The notes beneath the pieces are model-generated. The model was not told where the DNA came from and made no database searches. It saw only the letters and a list, made by a program, of their open reading frames with translations. A stretch of DNA of 64,000 nucleotides from positions 1-64,000 of IMG/VR virus record IMGVR_UViG_3300011977_000415; one strand, written 5' to 3'. This DNA comes from a virus. Taxonomy: Duplodnaviria; Caudoviricetes. Made by a program: the position numbers and the translations under genes. Shown here piece by piece: positions 29,239-36,957 of this stretch. The stretch's first letter is position 1, and every line of letters begins with the position of its first letter.

Positions 29239-29366
29239 CTGCAAAGGTACGAATATTCTTTGAAATAACGAAGGTTTTTCATTGAATTCTTCTCGATTTT
29301 AACATTTGCAGGGCAGTATTGTAAGATAACAGGAAAGAAAATAGCATAATTTTACAGAAAATCGTA

Positions 29367-29666
29367 ATGGAAACATTCAAAGACGTTATATCAAGTGACC
29401 AACTTGTCTTGGTCGATTTCTTCGCCACCTGGTGCCAGCCATGCAAGATGATGCACCCCATCCTTGAGCAGGTGAAGGAAGTGTTGGGTGACAGAATCCG
29501 CATCATCAAGGTAGATGTGGACAAGTATGGGGTGACTGCAAGTCAGTATGGCATACAGTCTGTGCCCACATTGATGCTGTTCAGACGCGGCGAAGTGTTG
29601 TGGAGGACGAGCGGTGTGATGCAGAAATCAGAGTTGCTGGCAACGATTGACCCGTTTTTAAGATAA
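29367..29666 (+). CDS. trxA: thioredoxin
   Basis: VDFFATWCQPC, KVDVD, IQSVPTL. Confidence 0.95.
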   Translation: METFKDVISSDQLVLVDFFATWCQPCKMMHPILEQVKEVLGDRIRIIKVDVDKYGVTASQYGIQSVPTLMLFRRGEVLWRTSGVMQKSELLATIDPFLR

Positions 29667-29676
29667 AAGAGCAGAA

Positions 29677-30252
29677 ATGTCAAAATCTAAATTAAAGTCT
29701 GTCCTCATGTCCATGGACAAGAGTGAAATAATAAAAATGGTATTGGAACTTTATTCTGCACGGAAAGAGGCAAAGGAATATCTTGACTTCTATGCAGAGC
29801 CGAATGAGGGCCAGAAGCTGGAAGAGTATAAGCACATCATACGGGAAGAGTTCTATCCGAGCAGAAACAGAGAGCCAAAGACACGCTTCTCAGTGTGCCG
29901 CAAGGCATTGTCCGACTTCAAGAAACTGAAGCCTTCGGAAGATTCAGTCGCAGAATTGATGGTGTTCTATATGGAGAATGCCTGTCAGTTCACTTATGAC
30001 TATGGAGACATGTGGGAGCAATTCTATGATTCTGTTGAGAGTAATTTCGACAAGACATTGCGCCACATCGTGCTTTATGACCTTTGGGACAAGTATGATT
30101 CCCGAATCAAGCAATGCCTTCGTTGGGCAAGCCCTTGTGGATGGGGATTTCCTGACGCACTGAATGATATGTATGAGGAAATGAAGGCGCAAAATGAGGA
30201 ACTCCGAAAGAAATACAGGAATTTCAAGATGCCCATCAACGCTGATTATTAA
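29677..30252 (+). CDS. DUF6155-like helical protein
   Basis: LK..L..M.K.E....VLELY...EAKEYL...FTYDYGD.WE.FY.S pattern. Confidence 0.6.
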   Translation: MSKSKLKSVLMSMDKSEIIKMVLELYSARKEAKEYLDFYAEPNEGQKLEEYKHIIREEFYPSRNREPKTRFSVCRKALSDFKKLKPSEDSVAELMVFYMENACQFTYDYGDMWEQFYDSVESNFDKTLRHIVLYDLWDKYDSRIKQCLRWASPCGWGFPDALNDMYEEMKAQNEELRKKYRNFKMPINADY

Positions 30253-30266
30253 ACGAATATACTCAA

Positions 30267-30512
30267 ATGGGGAAACCAAAGAAAAAACATAAGAAAGCGA
30301 AACAACTGCCCTTAAGCAAAGAAGAGCAGATTTTTCAAGCGGCAAGAGACCTTGCAGCTGAAATTGGCATATCCTATTCTGAGGCATTAGGGTTTACTTT
30401 GGGCATAAAGGACGTAACGTATGGTTGGGAAGAAGACTATACGGAAGAAGAGTTTCAGGCACTGATTGACCACGCTGTGGGAGACACTGATTATGAGCAC
30501 ACCCTCTATTGA
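30267..30512 (+). CDS. hypothetical protein
   Basis: ORF in operon. Confidence 0.55.
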   Translation: MGKPKKKHKKAKQLPLSKEEQIFQAARDLAAEIGISYSEALGFTLGIKDVTYGWEEDYTEEEFQALIDHAVGDTDYEHTLY

Positions 30513-30696
30513 ATCATCTACACGAGAGGAACGTTTGGATTACGTTCTGAATGAATGGAGATGTCTGCACAACTGTGAGCTGTGCGGTAAGTGCCATATT
30601 CTGAAAGGCAGAAGCGAAGAAATACTCTATGCAGACTATATAGACGGCAAGCGGTCATATATGGATATAACATTAGAAATCAGAAGCAACAGATAA
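30493..30696 (+). CDS. small Cys-cluster protein
   Basis: CLHNCELCGKC motif. Confidence 0.6.
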   Translation: MSTPSIESSTREERLDYVLNEWRCLHNCELCGKCHILKGRSEEILYADYIDGKRSYMDITLEIRSNR

Positions 30697-31133
30697 TGAT
30701 GTCACAGAAATACATATATCCATCGTTGTTCCAAGAGGAAGAGCCGCAAGAAAGCGTTCCTGGTGATAAGAAAGAGTATGACCTGACGAATCTCTTTGAG
30801 AGATTGGCAAAGTCTGATTTTCGCAGCCGGTTCCATCTGTCCAAGCAAGACAGGGAGTATGTAATGGAAAAGGGATTGCCGACGATACGAAAACACGCAG
30901 AGGACTTTGTGGCAAAAAGACTTGCTCCGGCTGTCATACCGAACGACGGCAAGCAGACTCCCATGCGTGGGCATCCTGTTTTCCTGGCTCAACATGCCAC
31001 TGGCTGTTGTTACCGGGGATGCTTCTTCAAGTGGCATCACATCTCAGCAGGCAGGGCACTGACCAAGGAAGAACAGGAATATGCTGTTGCCGTATTGATG
31101 GCATGGATTGAAAAACAGATGAATAAAGGATGA
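30696..31133 (+). CDS. DUF4186 family protein
   Basis: FRSRFHL, NDGKQTPMRGHPVFLAQHATGCC, KWH. Confidence 0.85.
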   Translation: MMSQKYIYPSLFQEEEPQESVPGDKKEYDLTNLFERLAKSDFRSRFHLSKQDREYVMEKGLPTIRKHAEDFVAKRLAPAVIPNDGKQTPMRGHPVFLAQHATGCCYRGCFFKWHHISAGRALTKEEQEYAVAVLMAWIEKQMNKG

Positions 31134-31336
31134 AGATAGAAGAAGCCATAGTATATGTGATGGTAAAGCGAAATGGCGGCATGACAACCGACCAGATTGC
31201 CGATGCCATCAATCGTCATAGGCTGCACCTGAGAAAGGACGGTCAGCCTGTGACAAGCAAGCAGGTGTATGCAACAATCTGCCGTTTCCCTGAAATGTTC
31301 ACAAAAGAAGCTGGCAGAATCATGTTAATGATATGA
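31130..31336 (+). CDS. small winged-HTH protein
   Basis: EAI..V.......T..IAD.IN...L..RKDG......QV. Confidence 0.6.
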   Translation: MKIEEAIVYVMVKRNGGMTTDQIADAINRHRLHLRKDGQPVTSKQVYATICRFPEMFTKEAGRIMLMI

Positions 31337-31345
31337 CGTAACGAT

Positions 31346-31582
31346 ATGACAATAGATACAACCAACATGTGCTCACACCTTCAGAAGAAGTTGTTTGAAC
31401 CAGAAGGTGTGTATTATCCTATATGGCAAGCCATGCAGGATGATGAGACCTTGACAGCAGTGGTACGAAGCAGACAGCTGCACATCTACAGAAACGGGAA
31501 GAAAATTCTCGTTCTGGCAGGTAAGGCACAACCGAAGATTATAAGGGAAGACAAAATACAAGTGTTAATAACAAGATTATAA
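31346..31582 (+). CDS. hypothetical protein
   Basis: ORF in operon. Confidence 0.5.
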   Translation: MTIDTTNMCSHLQKKLFEPEGVYYPIWQAMQDDETLTAVVRSRQLHIYRNGKKILVLAGKAQPKIIREDKIQVLITRL

Positions 31583-31606
31583 ACAAAACATCAAATCATC
31601 AAAACA

Positions 31607-31786
31607 ATGGACGCAAAAGAAAAAGTATTGGCAACAATGAAAGAGGCTGGTCAGCCTCTCAACGCAGGTAAAATCGCAGAACTCAGCGGTCTCGACCGCA
31701 AAGAGGTAGATGCAGCCATGAAGCAGCTGAAAGCAGAGGGTGCAATCGTCTCTCCTGTGCGTTGCAAATGGGCACCTGCAGAGTAA
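31607..31786 (+). CDS. 59-aa winged-HTH protein (absent from the ORF track)
   Basis: Translated by hand: [59 protein letters not shown]. Confidence 0.75.
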   Translation: MDAKEKVLATMKEAGQPLNAGKIAELSGLDRKEVDAAMKQLKAEGAIVSPVRCKWAPAE

Positions 31787-31951
31787 GGTTTATACTGCTG
31801 TCTTGAAATATAGGCAGCAGTATCTTTATTTTTATCAAAATGTTAAGGTGAGGAATCTGAATATCCTTGCCTACGGACACAATTATCCGCTGCATCTTTT
31901 TGGGGTAAGGTGCAGACGTATGGCTGTCAGCGTATCTTGGTTTAAAGACGC

Positions 31952-32065
31952 TTAGCGGTCACGGCGGAAGTCGTTTCGTCTCTCTCCGCCGAACAAAGCT
32001 CTGAGCACATTGCCCAAAGCTCCGAACACGAAGTAGCAAACGATGATTGCAACAATATCGTCCAT
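31952..32065 (-). CDS. 37-aa single-TM peptide (absent from the ORF track)
   Basis: Translated by hand: MDDIVAIIVCYFVFGALGNVLRALFGGERRNDFRRDR; directly downstream of the SLOG gene. Confidence 0.45.
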   Translation of the reverse strand: MDDIVAIIVCYFVFGALGNVLRALFGGERRNDFRRDR

Positions 32066-32086
32066 AAGCATTTTCTGTTTTATGGG

Positions 32087-32578
32087 TTATACACTATTAT
32101 GAAGATTCACTATGTCCAATCCCTGCCTCTTGGCTTCTCTGACGGTGTAGAACGTGCCGCCCTTGGGATTGCCATCGAAGTAGGCTATGAGACGTGAACT
32201 GCGGTTGACCATATAGTCGTTGCGCCTCAGAAGGCAGCCATTGTAGTATTGCTCGCTCAATACGACCACGTCATCCACGATGCGCAGGATGGCATCATAC
32301 TTGGCTTGCTCTTCCTTGCTCCACCGGTCAGACTGACCACGGAACGGCACAACGGCTATCACCTGCAAGTCCTTCAACTCGCATTGCAACGAAAGGGCGG
32401 CTTCTGCCGCCAGCAGGTCAAATCCCATTGCCATGCCACAATAGAAATACCGGTAGCCGTCGGCATACGCCTTGGCTATCTCCGATTTGAGACATTGCTT
32501 CAACTCCCTCCGCTTGGCGAAAGGTACGCTGCGGTGTCCGCTGAAGCATACGGACACTGCCTTGTCGTACTTTGTCAT
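32087..32578 (-). CDS. SLOG superfamily protein (DUF1273/YspA-like)
   Basis: CFSGHR, GMAMGFDLLAAE, RRNDYMV, GGTFYTV. Confidence 0.85.
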   Translation of the reverse strand: MTKYDKAVSVCFSGHRSVPFAKRRELKQCLKSEIAKAYADGYRYFYCGMAMGFDLLAAEAALSLQCELKDLQVIAVVPFRGQSDRWSKEEQAKYDAILRIVDDVVVLSEQYYNGCLLRRNDYMVNRSSRLIAYFDGNPKGGTFYTVREAKRQGLDIVNLHNSV

Positions 32579-32581
32579 ACT

Positions 32582-33148
32582 TTACCTTACTTTATAATGT
32601 GTGCGTGCGAGGAACATACCGCCAATAACACATGCCCCGAGCCTTTCGAGTTGGTTGGCATACTTGGCATAGCTGAGACCCTTGGTTATCACATCGTCAA
32701 AGACCAACACCATTTTGTTGTCGAAGAACGGCTCATCAAACTCAACGACATTCGCCTTGCGGACTTCATCCTCGTTCTTGCGGTTATCGTGGATGGTCTT
32801 ACGCTCTCCGCATACCCTCACGTGCTCGTAGCCGTTTTCCGCTCCTGTCAATTCACACACCCTGTGGCAGAAAGCCTTGTAGCGGAGTTCGTTGCTCTCG
32901 CTTGTGGATGCTGGAACGGGGGCGAAGACGATGTTCACGCAACCCTTGCCGTAGAGTGTCAGCATATTCTCTGCGGTGCGCTGCGCCACTTCCTCGTAGG
33001 CTCTTCCGTCCTTGAAGTCAAACACTAATTGTCTGTCGGCAATCTCCTTCTCACCCACATTGCGGATGCGTGCGGGATAGTATTTGCAGAACCAAGTCTG
33101 AGGCTTGTCTAACTGCTTTTGGATTTGATAGTCATTCTTGTGTGCCAT
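32582..33148 (-). CDS. phosphoribosyltransferase (ComF-like PRTase domain)
   Basis: VPAS, VLVFDDVITKGLS PRPP-binding motif; ATG at 33148. Confidence 0.8.
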   Translation of the reverse strand: MAHKNDYQIQKQLDKPQTWFCKYYPARIRNVGEKEIADRQLVFDFKDGRAYEEVAQRTAENMLTLYGKGCVNIVFAPVPASTSESNELRYKAFCHRVCELTGAENGYEHVRVCGERKTIHDNRKNEDEVRKANVVEFDEPFFDNKMVLVFDDVITKGLSYAKYANQLERLGACVIGGMFLARTHYKVR

Positions 33149-33182
33149 TGCTCTTATGTTTTTTCTTCCCTTATTTCGGAGG

Positions 33183-33378
33183 CTTTTCCTGCCTGCCCAA
33201 GGGATATTTTTTGCTTTCCAAGAGTGATGGCGATCAAAAAGCCAAATCGGGAGCGAAAAATACGCTCTGCACGCAGAGGAAGATTTTTCGGTCAAATGCA
33301 ATGGACGATTTGGTGTTTGAACAATCGCCAGCATTACCTTTGCAAAACAATATCCGCAGCGGCAAGGCAGGCGAAAAG
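33183..33378 (+). promoter_or_regulatory. long imperfect hairpin B, candidate ssDNA promoter
   Basis: cttttc/gaaaag, ctgcct/aggcag, ggatatt/aatatcc, ttttgc/gcaaaa, tggcgat/atcgcca, ccaaatcg/cgatttgg, cgaaaaat/atttttcg, ctctgc/gcagag; TACCTTTG at 33335. Confidence 0.7.
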
Positions 33379-33559
33379 AAATCTGTTATGTAAAAGAGGA
33401 AACGGGCGGGATGGCGTGGGGCGAAGCTGTATATGGGGAAGGACGATAGTTGATATGAGGGAAAAAGAGAAAATCTTGTAATAGGGAACGACATTGCCTT
33501 TTATCAGCATGGAGACAGTCCTACAAGCAGAGAAAACTATTGCCCTAAAAATGAGTTGG

Positions 33560-33640
33560 ATAGTATTTTCTAAAAGTAGTATCGACTACGAATAGTATAA
33601 TAGTCGAATAGTTTTTACTACCATACTACGGATAGTAAAG
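33560..33640. repeat. TAGTA/TACTA repeat cluster downstream of the par operon (parS-like site 2)
   Basis: atagtattttctaaaagtagtatcgactacgaatagtataatagtcgaatagtttttactaccatactacggatagtaa. Confidence 0.6.
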
Positions 33641-33699
33641 TCTGTTTATAGAAGAGATAGCGGTATCATCGTCTGTTCGGCGATGATACCGCGCGGCAC

Positions 33700-33978
33700 T
33701 CATGTGTCATGCCGCTTTAGGTATTCTGTCATTGCCTCATTGACAATATCACGCAAGGACATCCCTTTCTTGATGGCGAGGTACTTCATCCTCGTGTGGA
33801 TGCTCTTGTTGATAAGGAAATTGCAATGCACCGGCACTTCGGTAGTCTCAGAAACAGACACAGGTGGTGCTGGTGTAGTTTCTGTGACTATCTGCTCCTT
33901 ACTCGGCTTCTTTGTGGAAGAAAGGAGTCCGTTGAGACCGCCTTTCATTCCCTCTTTCAACATACTGCTCTTGCTCAT
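33700..33978 (-). CDS. ribbon-helix-helix centromere-binding protein (ParG-like)
   Basis: Flexible N-terminus then HCNFLINKSIHTRMKYLAIKKGMSLRDIVNEAM; directly downstream of parA. Confidence 0.75.
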   Translation of the reverse strand: MSKSSMLKEGMKGGLNGLLSSTKKPSKEQIVTETTPAPPVSVSETTEVPVHCNFLINKSIHTRMKYLAIKKGMSLRDIVNEAMTEYLKRHDT

Positions 33979-33985
33979 GGCTATG

Positions 33986-34741
33986 CTATTTTAAGTTTAA
34001 CACTTCTTTTGCCAAAGACATATAATCACTGGCACCATTGGATTTGGGATTATACTCAAAGATAGTCTTGCCGTTGATGGGTGCTTCTGCCAAAGCCACA
34101 TTATCACGGATGACGGTCTTGAAAACCTTCTCGTGAAAACTGTCATTGACGATTTCCCTCACGCTTCGGTTCAACGTCTTGCGGCGATCGAACTGGGTGA
34201 TGACGATGCCGCCCACTTTAAGGTTGGAGTTGAGCCGCTCCTGAACGATGCGGATGATGTCCATCAACTTTGCCATACCTCTCATGGCAAGGTATTGCGC
34301 TTGAACAGGGATGATGATGTAGTCGGCTGCGGTGAGGGCATTCAAGGTCAGCAAGCCCAATGACGGTGGACAGTCGATGATGATGTAGTCGAAATGCTCT
34401 TTGGCGATGGCTTTGGTGATAAGTCCCTTCAAGATAAGCTCCCGTCCCGGCTCGCTGATAAGCTCTAACTCAGCCGCAGACAGGTCAAGGCATGAGGGTG
34501 AGACGGTGATGCCGTTGTGCAACTTGACCAACGGCAAGGTGTACTGTCCACACATTGCGCCATAGACTGTCTGTTCTTCCTCGATGGACAATCCCAAGGC
34601 TTCCGTGAGGTTGGCTTGTCCATCCATGTCAATAGCCAAGACGTTCTTCTTACTCAGTTGCAGAGCTGCCGCAAGGCTTACTGCGGTCGTACTTTTCCCT
34701 ACACCACCCTTGTGATTTAATACTGCAATTATCTGTGTCAT
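33986..34741 (-). CDS. parA: ParA/Soj Walker-type partition ATPase
   Basis: KGGVGKST, IDMDGQANLT, IIDCPPSLG. Confidence 0.92.
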   Translation of the reverse strand: MTQIIAVLNHKGGVGKSTTAVSLAAALQLSKKNVLAIDMDGQANLTEALGLSIEEEQTVYGAMCGQYTLPLVKLHNGITVSPSCLDLSAAELELISEPGRELILKGLITKAIAKEHFDYIIIDCPPSLGLLTLNALTAADYIIIPVQAQYLAMRGMAKLMDIIRIVQERLNSNLKVGGIVITQFDRRKTLNRSVREIVNDSFHEKVFKTVIRDNVALAEAPINGKTIFEYNPKSNGASDYMSLAKEVLNLK

Positions 34742-34746
34742 AACAT

Positions 34747-34858
34747 GATACTACTATTAGTGAATACTACTTTACTATTCTACTACTGATAGTACATACT
34801 AACCATAGTAAAAGCGGATTTACTACGATTAGTACGTACTACTCTCAGTTGATACTAC
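34747..34858. repeat. TAGTA/TACTA repeat cluster upstream of parA (parS-like site 3 / operator)
   Basis: About ten TACTA/TAGTA units in ~110 bp. Confidence 0.6.
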
Positions 34859-34860
34859 CC

Positions 34861-35286
34861 TCAGAAGGGAAGGTCTTCGCTCTTGTCCTGCGGTGCATCG
34901 GCTGGCGGTACGGGAGCCTCGCCCTCTGCCTTGGCTGCCTTGCGTGCCTTTGTTGCAGGTGTGTCGGTTGCATCCTTCTTCCCTGCATTGACAAAGGCGA
35001 TGGAGTCAGCTATGATGCTATGCTGTATGTGGTTCTCTCCGTTGCGGTCTGTCCAAATGGAAGAAGTCAGTGTGCCTTCCACAAGCACCATACGACCCTT
35101 GGTGAGGTATTCAGCCAAACGGATATGGTTCTCCTTGCTGCTCTTCACCCTTACCCAAGTGGTGATTTGCTTGCCCTTACTGTAGTCGTCCACTGCGATG
35201 TCAACAGCCATGAATGTTCCGTGTGTACCTGTGATGACGCGGCAATCCTTTGCTCCGATGCGTCCGATAGTGTGAGTGTAAATCAT
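34861..35286 (-). CDS. ssb: single-stranded DNA-binding protein
   Basis: IGRIG, TTWVRV, YLTKGRMVLVEGTL, acidic tail EDLPF. Confidence 0.9.
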   Translation of the reverse strand: MIYTHTIGRIGAKDCRVITGTHGTFMAVDIAVDDYSKGKQITTWVRVKSSKENHIRLAEYLTKGRMVLVEGTLTSSIWTDRNGENHIQHSIIADSIAFVNAGKKDATDTPATKARKAAKAEGEAPVPPADAPQDKSEDLPF

Positions 35287-35303
35287 AATGTGAAAATGTT
35301 ATA

Positions 35304-35340
35304 GTGGCAAGTTGGTTAGACTTGCCGTTACCTTGTTATT
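35304..35340. repeat. 37-bp direct repeat copy 1 (internal hairpin GGCAAGT/ACTTGCC)
   Basis: gtggcaagttggttagacttgccgttaccttgttatt; one mismatch to the copy at 35709. Confidence 0.9.
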
Positions 35341-35696
35341 TAAATGACTTTTCTTGTTGATTGAACATAAGCTATTGCTTCATTCATAATTTCTGCTCGT
35401 GACCTACTCTTGTTATCTTGCATCCACTCATCAATTTCAGATTTGAGGAACATGATACGTTTCCCCTTCTTATGGAATGGTATTTGTTTATTGCTTGTCC
35501 AACAATAGATTGTGTGTTCAACTGGATGGGTAGGGAGATACTCACTCAATTCGGAAACACTAAGCCATTCCAATCCCTTATCGGGCTGAATTTGAGTCAT
35601 TAGTGTGGAAAACTTTTCTTCTAAAATCTCCAGCTTGTTTATTACTAATGACAATGCTGATGGCAAGTCATTAAAACTCAATATTTGCTTTTCCAT
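35340..35696 (-). CDS. excisionase-like HTH_17 DNA-binding protein (AT-rich)
   Basis: WLSVSELSEYL...TIY.W.....IPF.K.GKR..F.KSEI.EW. Confidence 0.8.
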   Translation of the reverse strand: MEKQILSFNDLPSALSLVINKLEILEEKFSTLMTQIQPDKGLEWLSVSELSEYLPTHPVEHTIYCWTSNKQIPFHKKGKRIMFLKSEIDEWMQDNKSRSRAEIMNEAIAYVQSTRKVI

Positions 35697-35708
35697 ATCA
35701 ATATATGT

Positions 35709-35745
35709 GTGGCAAGTTGGTTAGGCTTGCCGTTACCTTGTTATT
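35709..35745. repeat. 37-bp direct repeat copy 2
   Basis: gtggcaagttggttaggcttgccgttaccttgttatt. Confidence 0.9.
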
Positions 35746-35974
35746 AATATCCTTTCTTCGTCTGCCTTGTATTGGCGACAAAAGACTTGTTGCTGCCTGT
35801 GAGACTGATAGAGCCGCAATTAACAAACTCTCCGTCGGAATAGACTCTGTACTTCTGTCCGCTTACCTCATGCTTCTGTTTGATGCGCTCTCGCATCCAC
35901 TTCTTGGCTGCGGTCAATGAGCAAAAGGTCTCGCTCTCCTTGGTCGTCTCGTCATATACGATGCACTGGGTCAT
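35744..35974 (-). CDS. hypothetical protein
   Basis: ORF in operon downstream of hairpin C. Confidence 0.6.
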   Translation of the reverse strand: MTQCIVYDETTKESETFCSLTAAKKWMRERIKQKHEVSGQKYRVYSDGEFVNCGSISLTGSNKSFVANTRQTKKGY

Positions 35975-35982
35975 ACATGCTC

Positions 35983-36537
35983 CTACTTCATCCATGCACC
36001 TATACTCGACGTGACATAGTCCAACTGACCGCCAAATATGTCGCTTGGCTCTATGTCGTATTGTCCATCCCTCACTTCCTTGTCCTCTCCAAGAAGCGAC
36101 AAGTTTCCGTCGGCATCCAAACGTGCTGCGTCTATGACGATGTCACGAGGCTCGTCAAAGAGATAACCTGCCACGATGGGCTGCTCTCCCTCGAAATGCA
36201 CCTCAAAGCCTCCGTCCACCTCCGTGCCGTACTTGCGAAGAGCCGCTTTCAGCTCGTCCTGCTCCCGGTGCTGCAATGCCTGGAGTTGTCCGTGGATAGT
36301 GAGGTCTTGCAGTTCTGCCTCTCGTTTGGTGTGGGTTGCCTCGCCGGTCTTGCAGTCGATGTCATACTTGTGGTAAACCACTGGGATATGGTCTGCCGAT
36401 GTGACAAGCCATGTGATGTTGTTCACTGAGAAGCCCTGTCTGGTGAGGAACTCCTCGATGTCTGAGCCGAGAAGGTGGTCGGCTACGTCAAGATACTCGA
36501 TGCGTGCGTCAGCATCATGCAGGATGATAATCTTCAT
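35983..36537 (-). CDS. hypothetical protein
   Basis: ORF with AT-rich leader, downstream of hairpin C. Confidence 0.7.
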   Translation of the reverse strand: MKIIILHDADARIEYLDVADHLLGSDIEEFLTRQGFSVNNITWLVTSADHIPVVYHKYDIDCKTGEATHTKREAELQDLTIHGQLQALQHREQDELKAALRKYGTEVDGGFEVHFEGEQPIVAGYLFDEPRDIVIDAARLDADGNLSLLGEDKEVRDGQYDIEPSDIFGGQLDYVTSSIGAWMK

Positions 36538-36688
36538 TGCCTTTCTATTTTTAGTGATACAAATAAGTTTGTCGCCCATGTCGCTGGACTTGTTTAACTA
36601 CGTTGAAGAAACTTACGCTCAGCATAGTGAATAAATTCCCTCTGCGTTCGCTTAACCGTTTCTTTCTCTTCCCTCCTTTCGAGACCTT

Positions 36689-36876
36689 TCAGCCTGTGGA
36701 GGGATATTTTCTGCTCCCACAAGCCGCAAGAAAAGACATAAAGACAAATTATGTGTGAAGAATACTCTTTTCCGAGGAAAAGGAAGATTGTTCACAGTCA
36801 CAAGACCTCAAGCAGAATTTGACGATTGTCTCAGACGCGGCTAACTTTGCAGGAAATATGCCTACCACTGCGCTGA
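36689..36876 (+). promoter_or_regulatory. long imperfect hairpin C, candidate ssDNA promoter
   Basis: tcagc/gctga, atattttctgc/gcaggaaatat, agccgc/gcggct, agaca/tgtct, caaatt/aatttg, tgtgaa/ttcaca, cttttcc/ggaaaag; TTTG(36818)-N20-TAACTTTG(36842) full consensus on the right arm. Confidence 0.7.
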
Positions 36877-36957
36877 TTGGAAGAAGATTATTGATATTGG
36901 CTGCAAGAGGAATGATGTGTTATATATAAAGAGGTAAGAAGAAAGATTGAAACAGTA

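Noticed and set aside
29205-29240. Hammerhead ribozyme (CGAAAC...GATGAG)
   Set aside because: Lacks the CUGANGA core and the three-stem arrangement
35304-35745. CRISPR repeats or integron attC sites
   Set aside because: Only two copies 405 bp apart enclosing a whole gene; no attC RYYYAAC/GTTRRRY architecture or integron integrase recognised
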